DNA of 51,340 nt from Promethearchaeota archaeon. GTDB taxonomy: Archaea; Asgardarchaeota; Lokiarchaeia; Sigyniarchaeales; SOKP01. The notes below the pieces were generated by a model. It had not been told where the DNA came from. It saw only the letters and a program-made list of their open reading frames with translations, and ran no database searches. The DNA is taken from contig JAEOSD010000002.1 in the NCBI GenBank assembly GCA_016840545.1, positions 1 to 51,340 on the forward strand, read 5' to 3'. Below, piece by piece: positions 1-9,809 of the stretch. Position 1 is the first letter of the stretch. Every line of letters starts with the position of its first letter. Position numbers and translations under genes: made by a program.

Positions 1-27
1 TTATGACCCCAAACATTTAGATTAATA

Positions 28-738
28 ATGAAGACACAAAAAGATAAAGACGACAATGAGTCGTGCCAATCCACTAATAATCCCAGCGAGTGGAATGGAA
101 GAACAATAGAAATTGATGATGCTGGGACTGGAGATCTCGTCGGTGACGCTTTCATTGGATTTCGAGACACGGTAAACGGAAAAATAATATTTCAATCAGT
201 TCCTGTAGGTCTCTATAAGGAAGATAATAAGGACAAAGATCTCCCTAAAAAACACATACTAAAAGTTGTAATCAAGGCTCTTAAAATACTTAATCACGGC
301 AAGGGAGATAGGATACTTCTATGTAGAGGTGATTGTTTCAATCTTGTTAGAGAATATTTTAATGAAAACGACATTTATTACGAGCCTGCAGTCATAGAAG
401 GAGAGCTCCAAGATGCCGTGGAAGGTAGATTTATTCAACACCTTAGAAAACTCGGAGTATCTTCTGTTCGCCTTACAAAAGAGTCAGGTGCGAAAAGATA
501 TTTTATTTTATTTGATTGGGTGTGCCGAGACTTTCCAAATCGTGAGTATTTCGTCAAGACGGGGTTTCCCTCTTGGAAAAAGAAATGGAGAAAGATTGCA
601 GAGAGGAGAAATAAAAAGGAATTGAAAAATAATTCTCTTAAAAAGGACCAAATCAAAAAGAGGGCAAAAGAGATATTTGAACTTATGTTTGAGAATCCTA
701 ATTCTCTAAAGGAAACTTTCCACAAAAATTTAAAATAA
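28..738 (+). CDS. hypothetical protein (acidic/Gly-rich core, Lys/Arg-rich C-terminal tail)
   Basis: Long ORF with no competing frame. Core segment IEIDDAGTGDLVGDAFIGF and a basic tail KKKWRKIAERRNKKELK. No family recognised. Confidence 0.5.
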   Translation: MKTQKDKDDNESCQSTNNPSEWNGRTIEIDDAGTGDLVGDAFIGFRDTVNGKIIFQSVPVGLYKEDNKDKDLPKKHILKVVIKALKILNHGKGDRILLCRGDCFNLVREYFNENDIYYEPAVIEGELQDAVEGRFIQHLRKLGVSSVRLTKESGAKRYFILFDWVCRDFPNREYFVKTGFPSWKKKWRKIAERRNKKELKNNSLKKDQIKKRAKEIFELMFENPNSLKETFHKNLK

Positions 739-805
739 TAAGATTTTAAATTTTTACTATTTAAATAATAGAAATTATTCTTTTAAACTAGTAAAAGTTT
801 TTGCT

Positions 806-1303
806 ATGGAGCAAATCATAGTCTTTATAGATAATAGTAATATTTTCAAGGGCTTTAGAAAATATAGTATCAAGGCAGATTATGAAAAATTGAAAAACAC
901 TATAACACAGGGACGTAAATTAAATGGTATATTTTTATATGAAGGTGTTATCTACCCTATGAGCCCAGAGAAAAAAAAGTGGTATAATGATTTGAGTAAT
1001 AAAAGTGGATATGTGATTAAAGCGAGCTTTGATAAAATTGCGTTCAATGATGCAATTGAAAAGAAGATAGATATTAAAATTGCGATTGATATTGTCTCTC
1101 TTGCATATGAAAACGCATACGATACGGCGGTATTAGTATCTGGAGATGGGGATTTTGTACCTGTTGTTAAGAAAATAAAGAAATTAGATAAAAAGGTAGA
1201 ATTGTGGGCGTTTCAATACTCATTAGCAAATGCATTAAAGGGAGAATTTGAACAGGAAAATATCTATTATCTTGATGATATTTTAAGTAAAATCAAGATG
1301 TAA
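806..1303 (+). CDS. NYN/LabA-like (PIN-like) domain protein, putative RNase
   Basis: IVFIDNSNIF near the N-terminus and DTAVLVSGDGDFVPVVKKIKKLDKKVELWAF match the NYN/LabA pattern (acidic residues, SGDxDF, then a beta strand). Confidence 0.75.
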   Translation: MEQIIVFIDNSNIFKGFRKYSIKADYEKLKNTITQGRKLNGIFLYEGVIYPMSPEKKKWYNDLSNKSGYVIKASFDKIAFNDAIEKKIDIKIAIDIVSLAYENAYDTAVLVSGDGDFVPVVKKIKKLDKKVELWAFQYSLANALKGEFEQENIYYLDDILSKIKM

Positions 1304-1317
1304 GGGGAAGGATACAA

Positions 1318-1749
1318 ATGGTAAACATTCGTTTTTTGGAAGATAAGGATATTCCTAAGTTAGCTGGCTTATACTTAAAATTAAGACGCCATACTATGAA
1401 TTTAGGAGGAACTCAGGATATGATGATAAATTATATTAATCAGAGAAAAAATAAGAATAACTACTTTATCTACGTTGCTACAGTGAATAATGACTTAGTG
1501 GGCACTGTTGCTTTTGAAATAAAAACTAAAAAAAGTGCTGCAATTACTGACGCGTATGTTGAGCTTGGATATCGCAGACAGGGTATATTGAAGGCATTAG
1601 AGCATAATGTTATTAAATATTTGAAAGCTGAGGGTGTGGAAACTGTGGATTTAGCAGTGAGAGTCAATAATGAGGAAGGTAAGGCTACGTGGTCATCTCT
1701 TGGTTATAAAACGATTATGGAAGTAAGGAAAAAATCAATAAACAACTAG
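1318..1749 (+). CDS. GNAT family N-acetyltransferase
   Basis: Motif A-like YRRQGILKALEHNVIKYLKAEG followed by LAVRVNNEEGKATWSSLGYK. Size of 143 aa is typical. A GGGGAAGG SD-like element lies upstream. Confidence 0.75.
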   Translation: MVNIRFLEDKDIPKLAGLYLKLRRHTMNLGGTQDMMINYINQRKNKNNYFIYVATVNNDLVGTVAFEIKTKKSAAITDAYVELGYRRQGILKALEHNVIKYLKAEGVETVDLAVRVNNEEGKATWSSLGYKTIMEVRKKSINN

Positions 1750-1972
1750 ATACTCCTTTTTCATTTCATTTTATAAAGAATTCTAAAACTCAAAAAGAAA
1801 TTTCTTTTATGTTCTTTAATTGAGTAAAATATTTTCAAATCGTATTTAAGAATGAAAAAAATAATTATAGCCAATTTATAAATGGATTAGAGAGGTAACA
1901 ACGTTTATAAAGGTGGATTGCATCTATTTATTCAACGAAGGAGGAGTTTGATTTTAGGGGCTAACCGAAATT

Positions 1973-2452
1973 ATGAGAATTGTTACAGTAAGTCTGCCAG
2001 ATTCACAGATACGGTTAATAGAGGAAATAAGTTCCCGCATATGTGCGAGTAGATCAGAACTTCTACGTGTAGCCATTAAACAGTTTCTATTAAAAGAACT
2101 CGCATACGCTCAAAAGTTAGAGGAAGAGCAAGTTGTTACAACAAACGAAACGGTATTAGTCCAAAAATTAGAGAAAGAGCTTGAAAAATTAAGAATTATC
2201 CATTTCTTTGATTATTGTATTAATTGTGAGAAGAAACTTGATATTTTAGCAGGAAAAAATCATAGATTTCATAAAAACTATGAAATCTTTGAATTAAAAT
2301 TCTGCTGTTCTTGTTATAGAAAGTTTAAGGATAAATCATTCGATGAATTTCCTGCATATTTAGTTAACAGAATTAAAAAGAAGGTAAAGGCATATAAGGA
2401 TTATTTGGAAAAAATAAAAAAATACAAGGAGAAATTTTCTTTCGAAAAGTGA
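1973..2452 (+). CDS. ribbon-helix-helix (CopG/Arc-like) DNA-binding protein with C-terminal Cys4 zinc-ribbon-like module
   Basis: N-terminus MRIVTVSLPDSQIRLIEEIS..SRSELLRVAIKQFLLKE has the RHH pattern. The C-terminal part contains CINC...CCSC. Confidence 0.65.
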   Translation: MRIVTVSLPDSQIRLIEEISSRICASRSELLRVAIKQFLLKELAYAQKLEEEQVVTTNETVLVQKLEKELEKLRIIHFFDYCINCEKKLDILAGKNHRFHKNYEIFELKFCCSCYRKFKDKSFDEFPAYLVNRIKKKVKAYKDYLEKIKKYKEKFSFEK

Positions 2453-2472
2453 AGGATATTAAAGATTAATTA

Positions 2473-2892
2473 TTATTTCTTTTTTTTATCATATCTGCTA
2501 GGGTCTCCACCTTGCTCAATATACTCTGAGTATTTTTTCAAACTATTTAAGTAGATTTCACCCGCTTTTAAGAGCATTTTCTCATTCTCTTCTTTTTCAA
2601 ATTCTGCCCATAATGTGACCTCTGTCAGACTACCTTTAGGTATTAAAACACTCCCATAGGCTGTCATGGGGCTTCCTTCTTGAGTAGACGATATTCTCTC
2701 GTTTGGAACACGTTCCTGCATAATAGATGTAATATCTCCAATATTTGTTTTGGAAAAATATTTATCTGGTCCAATTTCCTTGATTTCATTTACAACAATA
2801 TTCCATATAGGGTAATTAAGCGAATCCTCTAAAATATCATAAATTCTTTTAGGTGGTGCGTTAATTTCTATTTTTCTTTCAACACGAGGCAT
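2473..2892 (-). CDS. SRPBCC (START/polyketide cyclase-like) family protein
   Basis: N-terminus RKIEINAPPKRIYDILEDSLNYPIWN is typical of SRPBCC ligand-binding proteins. Length is about 140 aa. Confidence 0.55.
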   Translation of the reverse strand: MPRVERKIEINAPPKRIYDILEDSLNYPIWNIVVNEIKEIGPDKYFSKTNIGDITSIMQERVPNERISSTQEGSPMTAYGSVLIPKGSLTEVTLWAEFEKEENEKMLLKAGEIYLNSLKKYSEYIEQGGDPSRYDKKKK

Positions 2893-3051
2893 ATTTTATC
2901 ACCCTCTCTATCTATTTTTTTAATTTATTATAAAAAATTGAATTTGAAATTAATTATGAAAAAAAGGTATATAAAATTTACCTAAATTCAGCTAAAAATA
3001 ATAAAATGCATAAGGATTATTAAGGAGAATATTATTTTGAAGAAGTTTTCA

Positions 3052-3888
3052 TTAAGAAACATGGTTATTTAACCAAATGCTAAGGTCTTTTAAGACTTTT
3101 ATTCGGTCTTCTTCGATTTCGTTATATACTTCATGATACAAACCTTCATAGATTTTAATGGTTTTATCTGGCATTTTAAACAAGTTTTTAAGATTTTCGC
3201 TTCCTTTAATTAATTTATCTTTTGATCCACACTGAACTAATAAATTAATTTTAAACTTTCCTATAAATGATTTGAGATTTTTGAAATTATTTAGCATTTC
3301 ATAACTTAATCTGGCAGTGATTTTCTTTGCATTTACTAAAGGATCATTTTCATAATTATTCACGACTTCTAGATCGTGGCTTAAAAATTTAGTATCAATT
3401 CTAGGATTGAATTTCATTCTAGGTGCTATTTTTGAGAAAGCTTTAGCGATTAATTTGAGGAAACCACTAGTTTCTTTACCAGGCTCTGTTCCCGTACCCG
3501 AAAGAATAAGCCCATCTAAAAAGTGTTCATATTTCTTTGTAAAATAAATGGCAATAAATGAACCTAATGAATGACCCAACATAAATATTGGCAGATTAGG
3601 ATGGAATCCTTTTATTAAATCATATAATATTTTTTCATCTTCTATGTATTGGTCAAAAGAATCTACATAATTCCTTAATCCTTCGGATCTGCCGTGACCC
3701 CGATGATCATCGGCATAAATTGCATAGTTAAGTGGGATTAATTCATTTACTACATTTTGATATCTTCCAGAATGTTCAAATCCTCCATGTACAAGGTGAA
3801 TAATAGCTTTTGGGGATTCGGGAAGCCAAGCTTGATAATAAATTTTTAATCCTTTTACTCCTTTAAATTCTCCTGCTAAATGTTTCAT
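3052..3888 (-). CDS. alpha/beta hydrolase, lysophospholipase/monoacylglycerol-lipase-like
   Basis: VHGGFEHSGRY and DHRGHGRSEG motifs, nucleophile elbow GHSLGS, and a late HEV catalytic His region. Confidence 0.8.
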   Translation of the reverse strand: MKHLAGEFKGVKGLKIYYQAWLPESPKAIIHLVHGGFEHSGRYQNVVNELIPLNYAIYADDHRGHGRSEGLRNYVDSFDQYIEDEKILYDLIKGFHPNLPIFMLGHSLGSFIAIYFTKKYEHFLDGLILSGTGTEPGKETSGFLKLIAKAFSKIAPRMKFNPRIDTKFLSHDLEVVNNYENDPLVNAKKITARLSYEMLNNFKNLKSFIGKFKINLLVQCGSKDKLIKGSENLKNLFKMPDKTIKIYEGLYHEVYNEIEEDRIKVLKDLSIWLNNHVS

Positions 3889-4079
3889 ATGAGAACCTTA
3901 GTTTTATTTTTATATATATCTATTATGAAATAATCTTCTTTAATCCTAAAAATGAATTTTATAAAAATGATGATTATTAAATGCTATTTAACAATTATTA
4001 TCAGAAAATTGTAAAGATATATTGCATGTTAAATTTATCTTAATATACAAATAAATTACGATTTTAATTTCACAGGACA

Positions 4080-6023
4080 ATGAGTTATATTAAAATTGTT
4101 GAAGGCAAACCTGGTGAAGAAAAGTTCCTACTGGGAAATGAAGCCATTGTTCGTGGTGCTTTAGAAAGTGGTATAGATGTTTATACTTATTATCCGGGCA
4201 CACCCAGCTCTGAGGTTGGAGAGGCTTTTATGGAAATTTTTAAGAAGGTAAGAATGAAATGGGTAGAAAGCAGTATTAACGAAAAGGTTGCGATGGAAGT
4301 TGCAGGTGCTGCATATGCTAGAGGCGCAAGTGCTATGGTTGGTATGAAAAATGTAGGATTGAATGTTGCTTCTGATCCTTTATTTGCACTTGTCACAACA
4401 TATCCAAAAAACAAGAATTCTGCATTGGTCATTTTGGTCGCTGATGATCCCCAACAACATTCTAGTGCTGTAGAGATGGATTCAAGACATTATTTAAAGT
4501 TATTTAAAATACCAGCTTTAGAACCGAGTAATCCTCAAGAATGTTTAGAATTTACAAAAAGGGCATTCGAAATTTCACGAGAATTAAAACTCCCAGTAAT
4601 CATTAGAACAGTTACAATGGTTTCTCATGCTAGAGGTAATGTAATAATTGGAGAAATAAAACAATCAGAAATTCAAGAAGATTTTGATTTATCAAAGGAA
4701 GTAAATGTTGCTTCGAGACTTTATTTTTTAGAATTAAAGGAAGATCAAATATATAATAGAATGAAACAAGCATTAGAAATGTCAGAGAATAGTAAACTGA
4801 ATATGATTAAAAATGAGAAGGTGAAGAATGATTATGAATTAGGAATCATAACAAGTGGTGTGTCATACAGTTATGTTTGCGAAACTTTAGAATTTCTTGG
4901 CCTAAAAGCACCAATCCTTAAAATTGGCTTTATAAATCCATTACCTGTGCAAATGGTAACTAGATTTCTTGAACAATTTAAGCAAGTATTTGTAATAGAA
5001 GAAAATGATCCCTATCTTGAAACCCAGATTATAGCTATAGCACATAAAAAGGGGCTTAAAGTGAAAATTCACGGGAAAGATCCTTTTACTTACTCAAAAG
5101 AACATTCATTATTACCAATTGTTGGAGAATTAAATCCTACTAAGATTGCTCATGCGCTAATTAAGATCACTAATCTTACACCAAAAATCAATTTAAACTT
5201 AATAGAAGGGAAAGATTATAAATTGTTAGGAAGAATTCCTATACTATGTCCTGGGTGTCCACATAGAACAACAGGATTTGCAATAAAACAAGCAACCACT
5301 AAAATTAAATCAAAAACCGGAAAAAATATTTACTTCTATCAAGATATAGGCTGCTATACATTATTAGCATATCCCCCCCTATCTTTTGCTAATGTTAAAT
5401 ATTGTATGGGATCAAGCATAGCATTAGCCCAAGGTGTTGCTCAAACGAATGGAAGTCTAAACATTGCCATTATTGGAGACGGAACATTCTTTCATTCCGG
5501 AATTCCAGCACTCTTGAATGGAATCTATAATAAAGCTCCAATTTTAGTACTAATTTTAGATAATGGATGGATTGGAATGACTGGACAACAACCCCATCTA
5601 GGAAGCGATACTCGGTATTATAAAGAGGGAGTTTTTAAACAAGCTATAAAATTGGAAGAACTTTTACGAGGTACTGGTGCTTTTGTGAGCCTAATTACAC
5701 ATGAAAGCAACGAAGAAGAGTACGAAACTAAACTAAAGGAACTTATTTTTGAAAAAGGACTTGATGTTTTGGAAAATAAAAATCTGCAAGTTATAGTTGT
5801 AAGAGATGAATGTATACAGAAAATCATTAAACGATATAAACCAGAAGTTAGATTCGTTAATGAGGAATTATGTACAAATTGTGGTCTATGTTATGACCAA
5901 TTTTCATGTCCTGCGATAATTGAAGAAAATGATTTAGCCTATATTAAATCAGCTTTATGCTTAGGTTGTGGTATTTGTGAAGAGATTTGCCCAAAAGATG
6001 CTATTAAAAGGGAGAATTTATAA
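4080..6023 (+). CDS. iorA: indolepyruvate:ferredoxin oxidoreductase subunit alpha with C-terminal 2x[4Fe-4S] domain
   Basis: LLGNEAIVRGALESGIDVYTYYPGTPSSEV N-terminus, TPP-binding GDGTFFHSG, and C-terminal CTNCGLC...CP and CLGCGICEEICP motifs. Confidence 0.9.
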   Translation: MSYIKIVEGKPGEEKFLLGNEAIVRGALESGIDVYTYYPGTPSSEVGEAFMEIFKKVRMKWVESSINEKVAMEVAGAAYARGASAMVGMKNVGLNVASDPLFALVTTYPKNKNSALVILVADDPQQHSSAVEMDSRHYLKLFKIPALEPSNPQECLEFTKRAFEISRELKLPVIIRTVTMVSHARGNVIIGEIKQSEIQEDFDLSKEVNVASRLYFLELKEDQIYNRMKQALEMSENSKLNMIKNEKVKNDYELGIITSGVSYSYVCETLEFLGLKAPILKIGFINPLPVQMVTRFLEQFKQVFVIEENDPYLETQIIAIAHKKGLKVKIHGKDPFTYSKEHSLLPIVGELNPTKIAHALIKITNLTPKINLNLIEGKDYKLLGRIPILCPGCPHRTTGFAIKQATTKIKSKTGKNIYFYQDIGCYTLLAYPPLSFANVKYCMGSSIALAQGVAQTNGSLNIAIIGDGTFFHSGIPALLNGIYNKAPILVLILDNGWIGMTGQQPHLGSDTRYYKEGVFKQAIKLEELLRGTGAFVSLITHESNEEEYETKLKELIFEKGLDVLENKNLQVIVVRDECIQKIIKRYKPEVRFVNEELCTNCGLCYDQFSCPAIIEENDLAYIKSALCLGCGICEEICPKDAIKRENL

Positions 6024-6604
6024 TGACATTCGATAATTACACGTTAGTCATGACTGGTATAGGTGGACAAGGTTTAATCAGTTTATTACAAATTTTAGGA
6101 GATACATTAATGAAAAAGGGATATAAAGTCACAAGTGCTGAAACGCATGGTCTTAGTCAGAGAGGTGGTAGGGTCATATGCTTCCTTCGCTTCGGAAGCA
6201 TGTTAGCTGCTCCAATACCCCTGGTAGGTACTGCAGATATAATAATTGCAACTGAGAAAAGTTGTGTTTTAGATGTTTTGAAATATGCAAAGCCTGATAA
6301 AAGTTCAAAATTGATCATCTCAACTTATGAAGAAAAAGTAATCAATAAGGAATATCCCTCGGAACAGTATTTATATAATCTTCTATATGAAAATTCGGAT
6401 AATATTTATTATGTTCCAGCTACATATATAGCGGAAAAGCTTATTAATAATCTAAAAACAGCAAATATAATTATATTAGGATACATTGTAAGATTTTTAC
6501 CATTAAGTGAAAAAGAGCTTGAGAACTGTTTAATTCAAAACTTTTCAGAAGATATTTTAAATATAAACCTCAATGCATTTAAAGAAGGGCTTAAATTGAA
6601 ATAA
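6023..6604 (+). CDS. iorB: indolepyruvate:ferredoxin oxidoreductase subunit beta
   Basis: The start overlaps the iorA stop (TAATG). GIGGQG motif. About 190 aa, typical of IorB/gamma-type subunits. Confidence 0.85.
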   Translation: MTFDNYTLVMTGIGGQGLISLLQILGDTLMKKGYKVTSAETHGLSQRGGRVICFLRFGSMLAAPIPLVGTADIIIATEKSCVLDVLKYAKPDKSSKLIISTYEEKVINKEYPSEQYLYNLLYENSDNIYYVPATYIAEKLINNLKTANIIILGYIVRFLPLSEKELENCLIQNFSEDILNINLNAFKEGLKLK

Positions 6605-6722
6605 AATGGCTAAGGTTTATAAAATTTAAAAAAGATTAAATAGGTTTATTTTTATTTAGATGTTATTGAGTTAGAATATCGACAAAATTATCTAATGTAT
6701 TGGGTTTTTAAAAAGAAAAAAT

Positions 6723-7247
6723 ATGTACGATGCAATTTTTAAAGTGGTTATTTTTGGAGACGCAGGTTGTGGTAAAACTACTTTATTAAAGAGGTATATG
6801 ACCGGCTTATTTATCCCAGACACGCGAATGACTATCGGAGTTGACTTTGAGACTAAAAATCTTGCGATTGATAGTGTGCAAGTTAAATTAATGGTGTGGG
6901 ATTTTGCTGGTGAAGAAAGATTTCGGTTTATCTTTCCTAAATATATCCGTGGTGCTATGGGTGGGATTCTGTTGTATGATATCACCAATTACTCCTCTCT
7001 TTCTCATGTTTATGATTGGTTATCGATTATGAATGGTGCCCATGAGCAATTTCCAATTATTCTAAGCGGTGGTAAGGCAGATCTAGAAGTATCTCGAGAA
7101 GTAACCTTTGATGAGGGTTTAAAAATCGCTAGATCTATGGATTTAGATGATTTCATCGAGTGTTCCAGTAAAACTGGTGAAAATATAGGGACATTATTTG
7201 AAAACTTAACAAAAAAGATGTTAAATATGGCATTTACCGAACAATAA
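6723..7247 (+). CDS. Ras-superfamily small GTPase, Rab-like (paralogue 1)
   Basis: G1 GDAGCGKT, switch I TIGVDF, G3 WDFAGEERF, G4 GGKADL, G5 ECSSKTGENI. No C-terminal Cys prenylation motif. Confidence 0.85.
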   Translation: MYDAIFKVVIFGDAGCGKTTLLKRYMTGLFIPDTRMTIGVDFETKNLAIDSVQVKLMVWDFAGEERFRFIFPKYIRGAMGGILLYDITNYSSLSHVYDWLSIMNGAHEQFPIILSGGKADLEVSREVTFDEGLKIARSMDLDDFIECSSKTGENIGTLFENLTKKMLNMAFTEQ

Positions 7248-7326
7248 ACAACCCCAGCCTCTTAATGTTTTTCTTTTCAATTCAAAATTTTAAAAAAAAG
7301 AATTTTACTAATTTTATATATTCATC

Positions 7327-8310
7327 TTATTCCGATTTTTCTGTTTCTTCAGCTTTCTTTTCTTTAGATATTTTACCTTTTATTTCGTTGATTTCTTCTT
7401 TAATTGTTTTAATAGTGATTCCTTTAAGTTTAGCAAATCTATAAATGAAAATAACACTAGAAATTAGAATTCCAGCAAGAAAAAATATTTGAATGGTCCA
7501 GAATAACGGTTTTATTGATGTATAGAATATTAAATCGAAGGCATAGGATAATGACGCAATAGTAGTAATCCAAATCATAGAGATTATTAAAACTATTCTT
7601 TCATAAAGTTTTGGCTCTCCTTTATCAAGGATAAATATTTTTAACCAGAAAATAACACAAATAAATGCTACTGGTGTAAAAATTAGTGAACCTATGGCAA
7701 GGGGTATGAGTAAATATACTGCAAATCGACTTCTCCAAATTTCAAGTACTTCTCCTAAGGTCATTTGGTCTTGAATTTGAACCTTAGCATACTTCCCTCT
7801 CCACGTAAAATATTTTTTCTTAATCCCTCGTCCTATTTTTTTGGCGCCACCTTTAATCCGCTTTATTAATCCTTGGGCGACAGCTTCTTGAAATTCCTCT
7901 CTAATTAAAGGAATTATATATAATGAAGCCATTAAAGAAATGGTCCCATAAAGGAATAAAAGAAGGTCAAACCAATATCGTAGCCCTGTCAAAGGAGTTG
8001 TAGGTGGTAGATTTGAGACGATACTATAAATTGCATAACCAGTTAAAATTGCTGGAACTATCACTTGAATAATTACAAGAGCTTGAACATGTTTTTTTTC
8101 AAATTTTTCGGTAAATCGATTTAAAATCCATAAAATACCATTTGCAACAGTCAATATCAAACCAAAACCAGAAAGGAGTTTCATAGTCCAAAAGAAAATT
8201 AAGAAAGTGAAATCTAACGGTACAAACTCAAAGATTAATTCCAGTATCATAAAAATAGTAGTCCCAACTAAGCCTATTATATAAAATATGTCAAATTTTT
8301 TAAGATTCAT
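7327..8310 (-). CDS. polytopic membrane protein, unknown function
   Basis: Multiple long hydrophobic segments, a basic central loop (KRIKGGAKKIGRGIKKKYF) and a charged C-terminal tail. Confidence 0.5.
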   Translation of the reverse strand: MNLKKFDIFYIIGLVGTTIFMILELIFEFVPLDFTFLIFFWTMKLLSGFGLILTVANGILWILNRFTEKFEKKHVQALVIIQVIVPAILTGYAIYSIVSNLPPTTPLTGLRYWFDLLLFLYGTISLMASLYIIPLIREEFQEAVAQGLIKRIKGGAKKIGRGIKKKYFTWRGKYAKVQIQDQMTLGEVLEIWRSRFAVYLLIPLAIGSLIFTPVAFICVIFWLKIFILDKGEPKLYERIVLIISMIWITTIASLSYAFDLIFYTSIKPLFWTIQIFFLAGILISSVIFIYRFAKLKGITIKTIKEEINEIKGKISKEKKAEETEKSE

Positions 8311-8491
8311 AATTACAATAGATTACAGCAAATATTAATAATGTTTGGGTTTTAAGGATTTTAAACTGTATTATTTCCAAGCAATTTTCATAACAACAAT
8401 AGACTCTTGTTATTACGCATGAAATACGTAACGCTAATTAACCGTAAAGTTAATATATTTCACAAATCTAACTACAAAAAGGACTTTTATA

Positions 8492-9724
8492 GTGATGAAT
8501 ATGCAGTATAGGAAAATGGGTCCGTTAGGTTGGGAAGTATCTGCTTTAGGTTTTGGTTCTATGCGCTTACCTGTGGATGAGAAGTACCAAATTATGGAGG
8601 ATGAGGCCATTAAAATGATTCGCTATGCGATTGATCATGGAGTGAATTATATTGATACTGCCTATCCTTATCATGGCGGTCGGAGTGAAATACTTCTGGG
8701 AAAAGCATTAAAAGATGGCTATCGCGAGAAAGTTTATCTAGCAACAAAAGTACCAATGTGGTTAGTTAGAAAAACAGAACATATTAATAAATATTTCAAT
8801 AAACAAGTTAAAAGATTACAAACGAATCCGGATTTATATTTATTTCATGGCTTAGCTAAGGATCGATTAGAGAAAATTAAGAATCTTGGTTTAATTAAAA
8901 AAATGGAAGAACTAAGAGATCAGGATTTAATTAAATATATAGGGTTCTCATTTCATGATAATTTTGAGGTATTTAAAGAGATTATTGATTATTATGCATG
9001 GGATTGCTGCCAAATTCAATATAATTATCTTGACATTAATTATCAAGCAGGACTTAAAGGATTACAATATGCTGCTAGTAAAAGAATTGCTGTAATAATT
9101 ATGGAACCAATTCGGGGCGGAAAGCTGGCAATTCCGGAAAATAAACTAGATAGTAGACCAGAAGTTAAAGCTGTTTTGGAGAGATCTCAGATTAAAAGGA
9201 ATATGGCAGATTGGGCATTACAATTTGTGTGGAATCACCCTGAAGTTTCAGTAGTATTAAGTGGTATGAGTGCTATGCAGCAAGTTATTGAAAATATTGA
9301 ATCTGCTGCAAATTCGGGAATAAATACTCTAACTGAAGACGAATTAAAAACGATTTCAGAATTGAGAGCTGCATATGAGAAAAGCAATATAGTTCCGTGT
9401 ACTAGCTGTAGGTATTGCATGCCATGCCCAAATGGCGTAGATATTCCACGCGTACTTTTTTTCATAAACGAGATTGCATATTGGGGTAAAGAACGCAAAG
9501 ATAGAATTGCATCCTTTTATAATAGAATGGTAAAATCTCAAGATGAATTACAAAAATTGAAGGCAAAAGGAGAAGAAGTGGAAGGTGCAGCAATACTATG
9601 TATTCAATGCGGAGAATGCTTGGATAAATGTCCTCAACAAATTAACATTACTGACTTCATGGAAAAGGCTAACGCTATTTTTGAAGAAAATAAAAAAGTA
9701 TCAGAAGTTTTGGAACAAACGTAA
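8492..9724 (+). CDS. aldo/keto reductase with C-terminal 4Fe-4S cluster-binding domain
   Basis: LGFGSMRLP, YIDTAYPYHGG and SEILLGKAL form the AKR core. The C-terminus has CTSCRYCMPCP and CIQCGECLDKCP. Confidence 0.85.
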   Translation: MMNMQYRKMGPLGWEVSALGFGSMRLPVDEKYQIMEDEAIKMIRYAIDHGVNYIDTAYPYHGGRSEILLGKALKDGYREKVYLATKVPMWLVRKTEHINKYFNKQVKRLQTNPDLYLFHGLAKDRLEKIKNLGLIKKMEELRDQDLIKYIGFSFHDNFEVFKEIIDYYAWDCCQIQYNYLDINYQAGLKGLQYAASKRIAVIIMEPIRGGKLAIPENKLDSRPEVKAVLERSQIKRNMADWALQFVWNHPEVSVVLSGMSAMQQVIENIESAANSGINTLTEDELKTISELRAAYEKSNIVPCTSCRYCMPCPNGVDIPRVLFFINEIAYWGKERKDRIASFYNRMVKSQDELQKLKAKGEEVEGAAILCIQCGECLDKCPQQINITDFMEKANAIFEENKKVSEVLEQT

Positions 9725-9809
9725 TTTTAAAATTTAAACAACGTGACTTTTTGTAAGACTTATTAAATAAACAAAAATTGAAAAATTTATCTAAGGCACG
9801 CTCGAAAAA

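Noticed and set aside
413-725. Overlapping short ORFs (413..625 +, 435..725 -) inside the first gene
   Set aside because: They lie entirely within a longer ORF. Their sequence is low-complexity and hydrophobic, as expected of alternative frames in AT-rich DNA, and carries no motifs.
8400-8425. Small inverted repeat TTACG-N9-CGTAA upstream of the AKR gene as a regulatory hairpin or operator
   Set aside because: The stem is only 5 bp in AT-rich DNA, which is expected by chance, and nothing else supports it.
4190-9541. Short antisense ORFs within iorA, GTPase 1 and the AKR gene (4190..4432, 5618..5827, 6692..6988, 9235..9498, 9356..9541)
   Set aside because: The opposite strand carries strongly recognisable domains. 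The short ORFs have no motifs.
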